From: a virus
Taxonomy: Duplodnaviria; Caudoviricetes
Virus record (IMG/VR): IMGVR_UViG_3300027822_000014
Span: 1-57,504 of that record
Reading direction: 5' to 3' (one strand)
DNA length: 57,504 nucleotides
In this document: one piece after another, positions 18,297 through 28,229 of the stretch
How the letters are laid out: each line of letters opens with the position of its first letter
How positions within the stretch are numbered: the first letter of the stretch is position 1
Program-made: the position numbers and the translations under genes
Notes under the pieces: generated by a model
Database searches by the model: none
The model's input: only the letters and a program-made list of their open reading frames with translations
Told to the model about the DNA's origin: nothing

Positions 18297-21143
18297 ATGC
18301 CAGCATTCCCAGGACCACCGGTCAGCACACAGGCTCGCCAGCAGGGCGGCGGCGCACGCGTCGCACGAGCTGACGAGAACATCAACCGGGTAGAACCGCG
18401 TGCTGCGGGCCGGGCGACAGCGAGGCCGGTAAATTATATGGGCTCGGCTCTGAAGCAGGCTAGCAGCGCGCTGAACAAGTTCGCGGTCACAGTTGAGAGC
18501 CAGGAGCAGAGCAAGTCCAACTTCGACACTCAAGCCAAGTATATCGAGTTCTCGAATGCCGAGCGTCGGCGCGTCGTGGAAAGTTCCGAGAACGTGAACG
18601 GCCTCGGTGCAGCTGCGTTCGAAACCGACACCCTGAAGGAGTTCGATACGCAGGCCCGTACGTACTTCAACGGCGTGCCTGACGATCAGAAGCCAGCGGT
18701 TGATTTGAAGCTGCGCAAGCTGCGCTGGACGCTGTCGAATGCGGCCTACGCCAAGCAGACCGAGGCGGTGCAGCAGTACTATTCCGAGAGCATCACCACG
18801 AATGTGAACAACAGTCTGGTGGCTGTGCGCGATGACCCGACCATTTTGGAGGGCCAGTTCGAGCAAGTCTCGGAGCTGATCAACGCGGCTGACATTGACG
18901 ACAGCAAGAAGCGGCAGGCCATCTCGGCTGCGCGCTCGGAGATGGTCGAGCAGGCCATCTACGGCCACGCGGCCAAGGGCGATTTCAAAGCGGCCACCGG
19001 GCTGATGAAGAGCTTCACCGCTGCAGCGATTCAGAACGGCACCGGCGTGACCAAGGATCAGGGTGGCCTCGTTGACAAGATCATCGGTATCGAGAGCGGC
19101 GGCAAGGCCAACGCCAAGAACCCACGCTCCACCGCGACAGGCGCAGGCCAGTTCATCGACAGCACGTGGCTGAACATGATGGCAAAGCATCGCCCCGGCT
19201 TGGCGCGCCGGATGTCCAAGGACGCCCTGCTGGAGCTGCGCAAGAACCCCGGGCTGGCCCGGGAGATGACGGCCCGGTATGCCGAGGAGAACGTGTCGGT
19301 GCTCAAGGCTGCGGGCATCGAGCCCACTGCTGGCAACGTCTATCTCGCCCACTTCCTCGGCCCGGGCGGTGCCAAGACAGCGCTCAAGAACAGCGATGAC
19401 ACAGCGCTCAGCGCGATCCTGCCGGCAGACGTGATGAAGGCGAACCCGTTCCTGAAGGAGCGCTCTGTCGGGTGGCTGCGGAACTGGTCGTCCAAGAAAA
19501 TGGGCAAGGCCAGCGTTACCACTAACGTGGAGATCGGCCCGAAGTGGGTCGACCGCGTGAACAGGAAAGTCGAAGCGATCCGCACGAATACCGTGAACGA
19601 CGCGTCTACCGCGGCGCGCGACACTGGTATGCAGGCGATTTTGATGACGCCCGAGGCCGTGACCGAGGAATCGATCCTCGCGACCGAAGACCTGACCACC
19701 GCGCACAAGAACGAACTGATCAAGGCGCTGCGCAGCGAACTGAAGAAGGGTAACGATCTTCGCTCTGGTCGCATCAGGCTCGAGCAGGGTGACGATGCCA
19801 GTTCATTCTTCAACGAACGCGACCCTGACGACAGAAAAGCAGTTGACGCGCTCGCTACCGATCCAGAGACTTTGCCGGGTATTAAGGTCGGGTCACCCGA
19901 GCGCGCCATAGAGCTGACCCGGCGCACGGGCATTGCCGACAGGCAAGCAGTGCGCACCTCCCTCTCTGGGCTCAACTCCCGAGACCAGGGTGAGTTCCGG
20001 TCATCGATAGAGTTCGCCGCCCAGCTCTATGGTGTGTCGAACCGGGCTTTTGACGGAGTAGACGGCGCGGGTCAGCTTAAAGATTATGTGCGTGATTACA
20101 ATGAGTTCCGCCGTAACGGGTACAGCCCAGAGGAGGCCGCACAGTCGATTTTTGACGTGCGACATCCCGAGGGCCGCGGTAACGTTACCCAGCTCACGTC
20201 ATCGGCAAACGAATACCTGAAGGCGCAGGAGCTGACGCCGACTGCAGTTGTGTCTGCGGTCGGCGAGACCACTCTCGGCATGAGCCCCGATGCCGCACTC
20301 GACGGCCAGTTCGGCCCCGGGATCGTGGCTGACTACAAGCGGATCTGGAAAGATCAGTACATCAAGTCGAACGGCAGCACTGAGTATGCCTCGCTCAGCA
20401 CGAAGCAGAAAATGAGCCAGCTCTACGGCACCAGTCAGGTGGCCGGGTCTTCGCTGTTCGGCATGCAGGGCGACTTCGTTAAGTACCCGTTCGAGAATTA
20501 TTACAAGCCGATCGATGGCGCCCACAACGTGTACCGGGCCGATGCAGCGACGCACCTATCAAAGGCGCTTGGTCGGGACATAAAGCCTGATGACGTGGCA
20601 ATCATCGCGGACCCCCGTGTCACCGGCGACGACATCCAGAGTAACAAGCAGCCACGCTTCCGGCTCTACTACCGCACGGAGATCGATGGCGACGAGATGA
20701 TGCACACGCCGGTCGGCGATGTGTTCTACCAGCCTGACCAGAGCGCGCTGGTTAAGCAGAGCTATGCGTCCAAGACTGCCGAGCGGTTGCGCCGCCAGCG
20801 CCTCGAGCAGGCACCGGACGATGTCACCATCGCGATCGACAACAACGGCAACGAGGTGCTCGTTGATGTCATGTCTCGCGAGGTGGTGCAGGATAACGAC
20901 GGTGTGATCACACCGACTGGCGAGGTATACGTCCCTCCAACCACCGTCAGGACGCCGAACCGGCGCGCCCAGACAGTCAACCAGGAGACCGACTTCGTGC
21001 AGCCATCGTCACGGGGCATGCGACTGCGCAAGCCGTCCGATTTTGGGGATGATCAGCGCACGCGCTGGAACGAACAACAGAAAAGCCTTAAGAACAGACC
21101 GTCTATGGGTGATGCTGTTGGCGGCACCGGGGGAACGCGGTAA
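18297..21143 (+). CDS. Internal virion protein with an internal lytic transglycosylase domain
   Basis: IIGIESGG.ANAKNPRSTATGAGQFIDSTW and YLAHFLGPGGA lysozyme-like motifs. Confidence 0.8.
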   Translation: MPAFPGPPVSTQARQQGGGARVARADENINRVEPRAAGRATARPVNYMGSALKQASSALNKFAVTVESQEQSKSNFDTQAKYIEFSNAERRRVVESSENVNGLGAAAFETDTLKEFDTQARTYFNGVPDDQKPAVDLKLRKLRWTLSNAAYAKQTEAVQQYYSESITTNVNNSLVAVRDDPTILEGQFEQVSELINAADIDDSKKRQAISAARSEMVEQAIYGHAAKGDFKAATGLMKSFTAAAIQNGTGVTKDQGGLVDKIIGIESGGKANAKNPRSTATGAGQFIDSTWLNMMAKHRPGLARRMSKDALLELRKNPGLAREMTARYAEENVSVLKAAGIEPTAGNVYLAHFLGPGGAKTALKNSDDTALSAILPADVMKANPFLKERSVGWLRNWSSKKMGKASVTTNVEIGPKWVDRVNRKVEAIRTNTVNDASTAARDTGMQAILMTPEAVTEESILATEDLTTAHKNELIKALRSELKKGNDLRSGRIRLEQGDDASSFFNERDPDDRKAVDALATDPETLPGIKVGSPERAIELTRRTGIADRQAVRTSLSGLNSRDQGEFRSSIEFAAQLYGVSNRAFDGVDGAGQLKDYVRDYNEFRRNGYSPEEAAQSIFDVRHPEGRGNVTQLTSSANEYLKAQELTPTAVVSAVGETTLGMSPDAALDGQFGPGIVADYKRIWKDQYIKSNGSTEYASLSTKQKMSQLYGTSQVAGSSLFGMQGDFVKYPFENYYKPIDGAHNVYRADAATHLSKALGRDIKPDDVAIIADPRVTGDDIQSNKQPRFRLYYRTEIDGDEMMHTPVGDVFYQPDQSALVKQSYASKTAERLRRQRLEQAPDDVTIAIDNNGNEVLVDVMSREVVQDNDGVITPTGEVYVPPTTVRTPNRRAQTVNQETDFVQPSSRGMRLRKPSDFGDDQRTRWNEQQKSLKNRPSMGDAVGGTGGTR

Positions 21144-24100
21144 TGGCCCTCGTAGGAGCCGACGGTGGAACCATCACGGACTTCACTCTCCAACAAGCGA
21201 CGGATCCGCCTGCGCTACAGAAGGCGCTTGCGCCGGCGCCTCTCCCGGAAAGTCCCGGCGTGGGCGAGACGCTGGGCTCGGCATTCCGCACGGAAAATAT
21301 CGTGGGCTCATATATCTCTAATTACCGTGGTGATGTTGATTACGATGCTGTCGATCCTGACTGGACTGATCGTTGGAGCGAGCTGAAGGGCACGCCCTAC
21401 GAAGAGCACTCCGATCTGTTCATGGACATCTTCAACAACGACGCGTGGGAAACCCGAAAAGCTCAGCTCGACCAAGAGATGGGCGACCGCGAGACCTTGC
21501 AGAACGCAGGGTGGATGGGGATGGCAGCATCAATGGCCGGAGGGCTTGTAGACCTGCCGTCCCTCATTCCCGGCTCCGTGGTGCTTCGCGGCGCGCATGG
21601 CGGCATCAAGGTGGGGCGCACGGCGCTGTCCACCGCTACGCTCGGCCTGGGCGCGTCTGCCGGCACTGAAGTCGCGCTGCATAACCAGCAGCAGCTCAGG
21701 ACGCAGGGCGAGAGCGCGTTCGCTATCGGGGGCACCACCATCGTGTCAGCGTTGCTCGGCGCTGGCGTGGCCCGCTCGCTCAGCAAGGGCGAACAGAACA
21801 GGTTGGCTGCATCATTCATGGACGAGCTGGCCGACGCGCCGGATGGCGTCGGTATCGACGACGTGCAAGAGGCAGTTCGCCAGTATTATGCCACCGGGTC
21901 ACTGTCCGCTGGCGCTGCGGCTCCTGGCAAGGCCAACTCTACGTTCTCGAACACGATCCAGAAAGCCCTCGGGACACTGCAGAAGTGGTCGCCCGGCATG
22001 CGTGGCATCGGCTACGAGAACAAGGTCGGCTCCGACCTGACGGCCCAGCTGGTCGAGGTGCCGTCGCTGAAGATGACCAACGTCGAGGAAGGCTCGATCA
22101 GCCAGCCGCAGTCGGTCGAGACGCTGATGAACCTGCAGATCGATGGCCGGGGCAACGCCCTGCGCGCTGACGTCCAGACGATTTTCAAGGAAGCCCGGAG
22201 CGCAGGGCAAGGCATGGCAGAGCGTGAGTTCCACAAGCGGGTGGCGTTCGCTATGCGGCGCGGGGATATGGACCCGGGCGGCAACGAGTTCGTGAACAGG
22301 GCCGCAGCACGCAACCGCGAGGTACTGGACTACTTTGCCGAGGAAGGCCAGAAACTAGGCCTCCTGCCTGAAGACCTGACACCGACGACTGCCACCAGCT
22401 ACCTGTCGCGGGTCTGGGATGTAGACAAGGTCACTACCGGGCGGTCCAGGTTGCGCGGCATCGTTGCCAAAAACATACACCGCTCAGTGCGCGCACTGGA
22501 ATCGAAAGGGGGCGGCTCGCTGAGCGAAGCGGACCTCGAAGAATATGTGCTGGACGTCGCCGACGAGATTATCGACAAGCTGGAAGGAGGTAATTACGAC
22601 CTGACGAAACTTGACTACCTGCGCACGACACGCAATGGCCCGCTGAGGGGCCGCACGCTTAACGTGCCCGACGAAGAGGTCGAGGAGTTTCTGGTCAACG
22701 ACGCCGAGTTCCTGATGAGCCGATACATCCGTGTGATGGCCGGCCACACCGAGTTCCAGCGCCGCTTCGGCACCACCAACATTGAAGAGATCCTCGAGGA
22801 CACGAAGATTGAGATGGAGAAAATGCGCGCCGACGCCGAGCAGATGGTCGAAGGCAAGAAGCGCGACAAGCGCCTGAGCAAGATCAAAAGCGACTGGCTG
22901 CGGTTCGAGAAGGACACAATTGCCCTGCGCGACAGGCTGTTCGGAACACTTTACCTGAACGAACGGACGAGTAAGGTTGGCACGATGGTCGATGCGGCCA
23001 ACACCCTGGCGTATGTATCTTTCGGCGGGTTCTTTTCTCTCGCCTCGCTGCCGGAGATGGGCGCCATGGTCCTACACGACATGGTTCGTCCGTTCACCAA
23101 ACAGGGCGTTGGCAAACTCGCCAAGGACGTTAGCGCGCTGAAGCTAGTCAGGTCCGAGCTGCATGACCTGGGTGTCGGCATCGATCTGGTGCGCGACCAC
23201 AGGTTGTCGATCCTGACGGGCACGGCTGACATACTCGATCGCGGCAGCCCGATCCGCAACTTCTCACGCGAGGCGCGCCGTGTCTTCTCCCGGGCCAGCG
23301 GCCTGACCTACTTCACCCACGCGATGAAGTCGGTGGCTGGCGTGTCGGTACACCAGCGCGTGCTGCGCAACGCGATCGACGCCAACGGCAAGGGTTTCGA
23401 TGCACTGCCTGACTTCGAGAAGCAGTGGATGGCCAGCCTCGGCCTCGGCAGGGGCGATGCGGAAAAGCTGGGCAAGCAGTTTGGCGTGGCGGGCGAGACC
23501 TCTGAAGGGGGCGCGTTCATCCCACACACTAACCAATGGGACGCAACTGACGAGGCCACGCAGGACTTGGCGCGCCGCTTCCATGCAGCTGTGAAGAAAG
23601 CCACGGACCAGACGATCATCACGCCCGGCGCTGGTGACATGCCGATCTACGCCGACAGCAACCTGGGCCGTCTGCTCTCGCTGTTCACCTCGTACACCTT
23701 CGCCTCGCTGTCACGGCTCAGCATGAACGCGACCAATAGCTCATCCTACGGCATCATGTCGGGGCTCATCGTCATGTCGGGCCTCGGCACGCTGTCCTAC
23801 GTGCTGCGCGAGAAGGCCAAGGGCCGCGAGATCACGAATAACCCTGGCACGCTGATCGCCGAGGGGATCGACCGCGCTGGCTTTTCGGGAATGATCAGCT
23901 ATGGTAACAATGTTTTTGAGAGGGTATCGGGCCTGCCGGGCATGACAACCGGCGCATCGGCTCTATTCCCTAAGCATGATCAGTCGCCGCCTGCTTCACG
24001 GTTTGTGGGGCGTCGAGGGGTCTTCAGCTCACTTGCCGGCCCTGCGGTCGGATGGGGAGAGGATGCCTTCGCAACGTGGCACGCGCTGCTTGACGATAAT

Positions 24101-24199
24101 CCTATGAGCCCAGGTGAGAGAAAAAGGGCATTGAAAATGCTCCCGGGCAACAACCTGTTCTACCTGCAGGGGACGTTGCAATCGAGCATCGAGGAATAG
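21143..24199 (+). CDS. Large internal virion (ejection) protein, gp16-like
   Basis: 1018 aa, helical. YLSRVWD, EFLVND and IITPGAGD motifs. Position before the tail gene. Confidence 0.75.
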   Translation: MALVGADGGTITDFTLQQATDPPALQKALAPAPLPESPGVGETLGSAFRTENIVGSYISNYRGDVDYDAVDPDWTDRWSELKGTPYEEHSDLFMDIFNNDAWETRKAQLDQEMGDRETLQNAGWMGMAASMAGGLVDLPSLIPGSVVLRGAHGGIKVGRTALSTATLGLGASAGTEVALHNQQQLRTQGESAFAIGGTTIVSALLGAGVARSLSKGEQNRLAASFMDELADAPDGVGIDDVQEAVRQYYATGSLSAGAAAPGKANSTFSNTIQKALGTLQKWSPGMRGIGYENKVGSDLTAQLVEVPSLKMTNVEEGSISQPQSVETLMNLQIDGRGNALRADVQTIFKEARSAGQGMAEREFHKRVAFAMRRGDMDPGGNEFVNRAAARNREVLDYFAEEGQKLGLLPEDLTPTTATSYLSRVWDVDKVTTGRSRLRGIVAKNIHRSVRALESKGGGSLSEADLEEYVLDVADEIIDKLEGGNYDLTKLDYLRTTRNGPLRGRTLNVPDEEVEEFLVNDAEFLMSRYIRVMAGHTEFQRRFGTTNIEEILEDTKIEMEKMRADAEQMVEGKKRDKRLSKIKSDWLRFEKDTIALRDRLFGTLYLNERTSKVGTMVDAANTLAYVSFGGFFSLASLPEMGAMVLHDMVRPFTKQGVGKLAKDVSALKLVRSELHDLGVGIDLVRDHRLSILTGTADILDRGSPIRNFSREARRVFSRASGLTYFTHAMKSVAGVSVHQRVLRNAIDANGKGFDALPDFEKQWMASLGLGRGDAEKLGKQFGVAGETSEGGAFIPHTNQWDATDEATQDLARRFHAAVKKATDQTIITPGAGDMPIYADSNLGRLLSLFTSYTFASLSRLSMNATNSSSYGIMSGLIVMSGLGTLSYVLREKAKGREITNNPGTLIAEGIDRAGFSGMISYGNNVFERVSGLPGMTTGASALFPKHDQSPPASRFVGRRGVFSSLAGPAVGWGEDAFATWHALLDDNPMSPGERKRALKMLPGNNLFYLQGTLQSSIEE

Positions 24200-24202
24200 A
24201 CC

Positions 24203-26755
24203 ATGTCAGCAGCCGCATTCGACTATACCACAGACATGATGGTGATCATCGATACCACGCTTGGTACGACGCTTACCAACAACAACGTTTTCAGGCTCCC
24301 GGTCGGGGAAGCTGCGGTGGCCGCGTTTATCCAGAACGGGCTGTTCGCCACCCGGTTTGCGGACCCCAGTACCGTGGCGCCGGTCGATACGACCCAGATC
24401 TGGCCCGACACCAACTCGAATCCGACAATCTACAGGCATTGGGATGGTGCAGCGTGGTCGCAAGCCGACTGGTATGACATTTGGTCATCTGCTTCGCCGC
24501 TCACCACAAAAGGTGACATGTACGGGTTTAGCACTTTCGATGCTCGCCTCCCTGTAGGCGCAGACGGACAGGTAATCGTTGCTGACAGCACCGAAAATCT
24601 GGGTGTGAAATGGGACGACACTCCTTTGCCGTTTTACGCCGACCGTGCGACGGCCATTGCAGCCACCATTTCTACTGGCGTGAACCAGATAAGCGTCGTG
24701 GCTCCGAACGGAGACATACTCAAGTATCGGCGAGACACCACGAACGGAACGGCACTGACAACCAACGGCGGCACTGTAGATTGGTCGCCAGATGGCATTA
24801 TAACGCCTGACCACTGGGGCGAAAACACGACGCCTGGCACCACCGATATGCAGGCCGCCGCTCACAGCGCCATTGATTACCTCGAGGCCACAAGCGGCGG
24901 TGTTCTGGTCTTGCGCAGCGGTATTGATTATTATTTCGGGTCATCAGTTCCGGTTGCGGCAAGTGACATCAAGGTTTATGCGCACGGCGCAAGCATTACA
25001 GCAGCTGCCACTCTCGGGTCGGAAACTCAAAACCGACCTGACGGGGTGTTCAACTTCATCGGAACCGAAGCGGCGTCTACAACCTTGTCTGCAGATGTCG
25101 CGCTGTACGCTGAGACCGTTTCAGTCACCAGTGCAGCCGGCATGGCTGTAGGTCAAGTGATCCGTTTCTACGCCGCAACCGATCTGTGGTACACCGAGAA
25201 CGTTACCACTATTGGCCGCAATCACGTCAACCGCATCAAAGCCATCTCGGGCACAACCATCACGTTGGATACGCCTGTCCCGCGAGCTTTCACTGCTTCG
25301 ACTTTCACATGTGATGTGAGCACATGGGATGGCTTGAGTAATGTCGGCATCGAAGGCGGTAGCTGGGAAGGCGGCGGTTTCGACCACAACCTCAATAATG
25401 GCATCGGCACCGCGGCTGTATTCTTCGAATACGTCCAGAATGCTGTGTTCAAGCCCGAGTTTGTCGGCGGATTTTCTGGCGCTCAGATGTGGGCAACCAT
25501 GTGGTACGGGCTTTACGCCGAAGTACCGAATATGCGGGGGCATGTTTTGGGTTATGCTGATGCTATTGTCGAGGGTCAAAACTCTGGGTTCTATGGACTG
25601 CGTGTTGATGATGGGCGATCCGCCGCATTGTATGGCGGCGTCTCCATAAATATACGCCACACGACAGACGGCACGCGCGCAGAAGACGTGAAGTGCGATG
25701 GCTGGAGCACCTACAACAACCACAGACCACCACATGGCTCGCACAGCGGTTGTACTGACTGGAAGTTCACTAACTGTAACAGTGAAGGCCCGTTCGGGAT
25801 GGTGTTGTGGCGCGGGTTTGACGCGATGATGGACAACTGTAGTCTGGTTTCTCCAAACAGCGTCACACCTATTTTCTACGATGTGGTTGGCGCTGTTGGC
25901 GATTTGGCTCGCACTTATAACTTTTCGAACCTCAAGGCTATCGTTGCCAGAGAATGCTTGCGGCTTGAAGCGGTAATAGGCACCTGTCATCTCACCGCGC
26001 CTGATTTCGAAGGTGCGATAGAGAGTGTAGGCTTCGCAGCGATCACGATCAACACGCCTGACATCGAGGCATTCATATGCACAGGCGGGCACCTCAGGGC
26101 TAATGACGCCAACCATGCCGTCAAGGTGGCCAGCTCACCTAACCTCAGAGACCTGATCCAGTTCAACGGCACCCGGTTTTCTGACTACACGAGCGCTGCG
26201 GTCCAGTGTTACGCTGTAACCGACGAGACTTCGTTGATCATGCAGGGCGTGACATTCAATGACGGAAACTCGGTCACTGATCATGTTGACGATCAGGGAA
26301 CATTCGATCATCTAGACGTTTACGGGTTTGACTACGCGGGAGCAGTTTATGCGCTTGGCAACCAAGGTAGCTATGATCCAGTGTTCGGGGATTCAACAAT
26401 AGATTGCACGCTGGATGCTGTGTCAGAAATATCATGGACCAGACGCGGCGAGCGTGTGTGGATCAACGGAGAGATCAGACTTACCAGCACAAACAGTGTG
26501 GCTGGTAATTTGTTGCTAAAAAATCTGCCTTTCCCTATAGCGCCGTTAAATCGAGCGGGCGCTGGCGGGCTTGTCACATGGTCCTCCGGCCTGTCTCTCT
26601 CTGCGGCCTCGATAATCACGTTGCGGGCGCTTGCAAGCGGTACTGAAATGGGGTTCTACGTGGCAGGCACGGCAGGAGGAACCAGCCTTGCATCTACCGA
26701 TATCACAGCTACCTCGCGCTTCTTGATTGCCGCTCAGTATGTGACGGACGAATGA
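24203..26755 (+). CDS. Tailspike / tail fibre, probable beta-helix depolymerase
   Basis: LTTKGD..RLPVGADGQV module, then a PDHWG..TDM..A..AID..GG entry into a beta-helix and a C-terminal LKNLPF domain. Confidence 0.8.
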   Translation: MSAAAFDYTTDMMVIIDTTLGTTLTNNNVFRLPVGEAAVAAFIQNGLFATRFADPSTVAPVDTTQIWPDTNSNPTIYRHWDGAAWSQADWYDIWSSASPLTTKGDMYGFSTFDARLPVGADGQVIVADSTENLGVKWDDTPLPFYADRATAIAATISTGVNQISVVAPNGDILKYRRDTTNGTALTTNGGTVDWSPDGIITPDHWGENTTPGTTDMQAAAHSAIDYLEATSGGVLVLRSGIDYYFGSSVPVAASDIKVYAHGASITAAATLGSETQNRPDGVFNFIGTEAASTTLSADVALYAETVSVTSAAGMAVGQVIRFYAATDLWYTENVTTIGRNHVNRIKAISGTTITLDTPVPRAFTASTFTCDVSTWDGLSNVGIEGGSWEGGGFDHNLNNGIGTAAVFFEYVQNAVFKPEFVGGFSGAQMWATMWYGLYAEVPNMRGHVLGYADAIVEGQNSGFYGLRVDDGRSAALYGGVSINIRHTTDGTRAEDVKCDGWSTYNNHRPPHGSHSGCTDWKFTNCNSEGPFGMVLWRGFDAMMDNCSLVSPNSVTPIFYDVVGAVGDLARTYNFSNLKAIVARECLRLEAVIGTCHLTAPDFEGAIESVGFAAITINTPDIEAFICTGGHLRANDANHAVKVASSPNLRDLIQFNGTRFSDYTSAAVQCYAVTDETSLIMQGVTFNDGNSVTDHVDDQGTFDHLDVYGFDYAGAVYALGNQGSYDPVFGDSTIDCTLDAVSEISWTRRGERVWINGEIRLTSTNSVAGNLLLKNLPFPIAPLNRAGAGGLVTWSSGLSLSAASIITLRALASGTEMGFYVAGTAGGTSLASTDITATSRFLIAAQYVTDE

Positions 26756-26769
26756 AGCAGACCGTCTCC

Positions 26770-26997
26770 CTATTTGGAATTATGAATTTTGTGCATAGCT
26801 TCAACATCCAGCACGCCGATGGTGCCGCCGCTTTCACATGTCAAAGATGGTTCCCACAATTTAACGCGCCGTTGAAGGTCTTCAATCTCCCTTTTGGCTT
26901 CGCGCAAAAACCAAGCGGTATCAGTGTCGCCCTCGCGTGGTGAGAGTTTCGATAAATGCTCTTGAATGCGATCAACGATATTCACCGGCAGTTCCAT
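26770..26997 (-). CDS. Island left-arm small protein (75 aa)
   Basis: LREAKREIEDL motif is common in small phage proteins. The stop is followed by GGAGAC. Confidence 0.6.
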   Translation of the reverse strand: MELPVNIVDRIQEHLSKLSPREGDTDTAWFLREAKREIEDLQRRVKLWEPSLTCESGGTIGVLDVEAMHKIHNSK

Positions 26998-27003
26998 TAA
27001 TGG

Positions 27004-27171
27004 TTAAACATTTTTCACAATTGTTGCTTCAGGACATCCCCTATAAAACACATCAACCCCAAGGCGCGGCCTAGACAACAATTTTATTCCAGCGTCTCGC
27101 ATTGCCTGTAAACGGTTCAGTCTATGAATTAACTTTGATGCCATTTCTTCCGGTGACAAATCTTCTGGCAT
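27004..27171 (-). CDS. Island left-arm small protein (55 aa, MPEDLSPEEM...), not in ORF track
   Basis: Manually translated. TAGGAG RBS, and it tiles between its neighbours. Confidence 0.55.
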   Translation of the reverse strand: MPEDLSPEEMASKLIHRLNRLQAMRDAGIKLLSRPRLGVDVFYRGCPEATIVKNV

Positions 27172-27182
27172 GCGAAATACTC

Positions 27183-27428
27183 CTATTTTGTCGGTACTAT
27201 TTTAAAGCCGCTCTCATCAATCGCGTCCAAAACCTTTTGCGCATACGGATCGCAACCACATGCAGGCCAATCACAATCGGATTGCTCGCCCGCATGGTTG
27301 TTGCCCGCCTTTGCCTTGCAAACAAAATCGGCAAGAATATATCTGTTGTGATTATCCATCGCAAAAGTCTCGAATTTGCGTTTGCCGTGAAGTTCACGCG
27401 CCCAAATCTCAACTGGCAATTCGCTCAT
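27183..27428 (-). CDS. Island left-arm Cys-containing protein (81 aa)
   Basis: GGGAGACGTT-ATG and a DCDWPACGCDP motif. Confidence 0.65.
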   Translation of the reverse strand: MSELPVEIWARELHGKRKFETFAMDNHNRYILADFVCKAKAGNNHAGEQSDCDWPACGCDPYAQKVLDAIDESGFKIVPTK

Positions 27429-27437
27429 AACGTCTCC

Positions 27438-27824
27438 CTACTTGCTCATTCTATTTTTGACAGTGGTCCGGTCGGCAATGTTTTGACATGGGCAATAATC
27501 GTTACTACCGAAACAACTACACCGACCTGCCTGCTGCACCTTCTCACTAGTCGAAAGGATTTCTGATGCCACGTCTGATATTTCATCGCATCCGATGCCG
27601 TCACACTCGGGACACTTGCCGCGATTGATCTCATAATACGGATCATCGTTTTGAGGGTGGTGTTCGTATAACGTGCCTTCTACACAGCGTTGATCGCACT
27701 TCATGATCATGTCTCCTAAATTACAAGTTGAACAATCTTTTACTTCTTCCGAATTATCGCGCCCGAGATATCGTAAGTAGCCGGTGCCACCGCAATCTGA
27801 ACATTCCTCTGATGAAACCTGCAT
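27438..27824 (-). CDS. Island left-arm multi-zinc-finger protein (apparent in-frame fusion of small modules)
   Basis: CxxCxGxG..CxxC, then CxxxC..CxxCxG.G, then CxC..CPC. An internal GGAGAC-ATG lies at 27710. Confidence 0.6.
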   Translation of the reverse strand: MQVSSEECSDCGGTGYLRYLGRDNSEEVKDCSTCNLGDMIMKCDQRCVEGTLYEHHPQNDDPYYEINRGKCPECDGIGCDEISDVASEILSTSEKVQQAGRCSCFGSNDYCPCQNIADRTTVKNRMSK

Positions 27825-27853
27825 CGACCACGTCTCCATTAATGGTGTTTCTT

Positions 27854-28006
27854 TTATTGCAAATATGTATGAATGAAACTGTTGATGATTGAAACCATAC
27901 TGTCTGCAACTATAGCTACCGTTATCACCCAAAAACACCACCTTGGTGCCGAAAAAACGCACGTGTATTGTACTCTAAGTGGTGTATCATCATTCATGTC
28001 ATTCAT
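27854..28006 (-). CDS. Island left-arm small membrane protein (50 aa, MNDMNDD...), not in ORF track
   Basis: Manually translated. GAGAGACGTTGAGCG-ATG and a hydrophobic WVITVAIVA stretch. Confidence 0.5.
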   Translation of the reverse strand: MNDMNDDTPLRVQYTCVFSAPRWCFWVITVAIVADSMVSIINSFIHTYLQ

Positions 28007-28037
28007 CGCTCAACGTCTCTCTGTTTTTGTTATCCAA

Positions 28038-28217
28038 TCATGTGGCTTCCGTGAATTCCCCTGTGTCGATATCGAATGTGTATCTAGCCACCATTTTTAC
28101 AGTGTAAACGTATCTTTTGACACTTGGTGTGGACGACCAACCTTCACCAAGTGTGGACGGCCAAACTGCAGTAGCTGCTACTGAGCAAAACAAAAAGTTC
28201 CGTCTACTTAAATCCAT
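28038..28217 (-). CDS. Island left-arm small protein with a twin-arginine motif (59 aa, MDLSRRNFL...), not in ORF track
   Basis: Manually translated. S-R-R-x-F-L Tat consensus followed by a hydrophobic stretch. GGAGAC upstream. Confidence 0.55.
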   Translation of the reverse strand: MDLSRRNFLFCSVAATAVWPSTLGEGWSSTPSVKRYVYTVKMVARYTFDIDTGEFTEAT

Positions 28218-28229
28218 AGCTCATGTCTC

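Noticed and set aside
18213-19706. Long antisense ORFs (also 41325-42509, 43936-44961, 51175-52377, 39441-40325)
   Set aside because: These are shadow frames of GC3-rich genes on the other strand, with no RBS or recognisable motifs.
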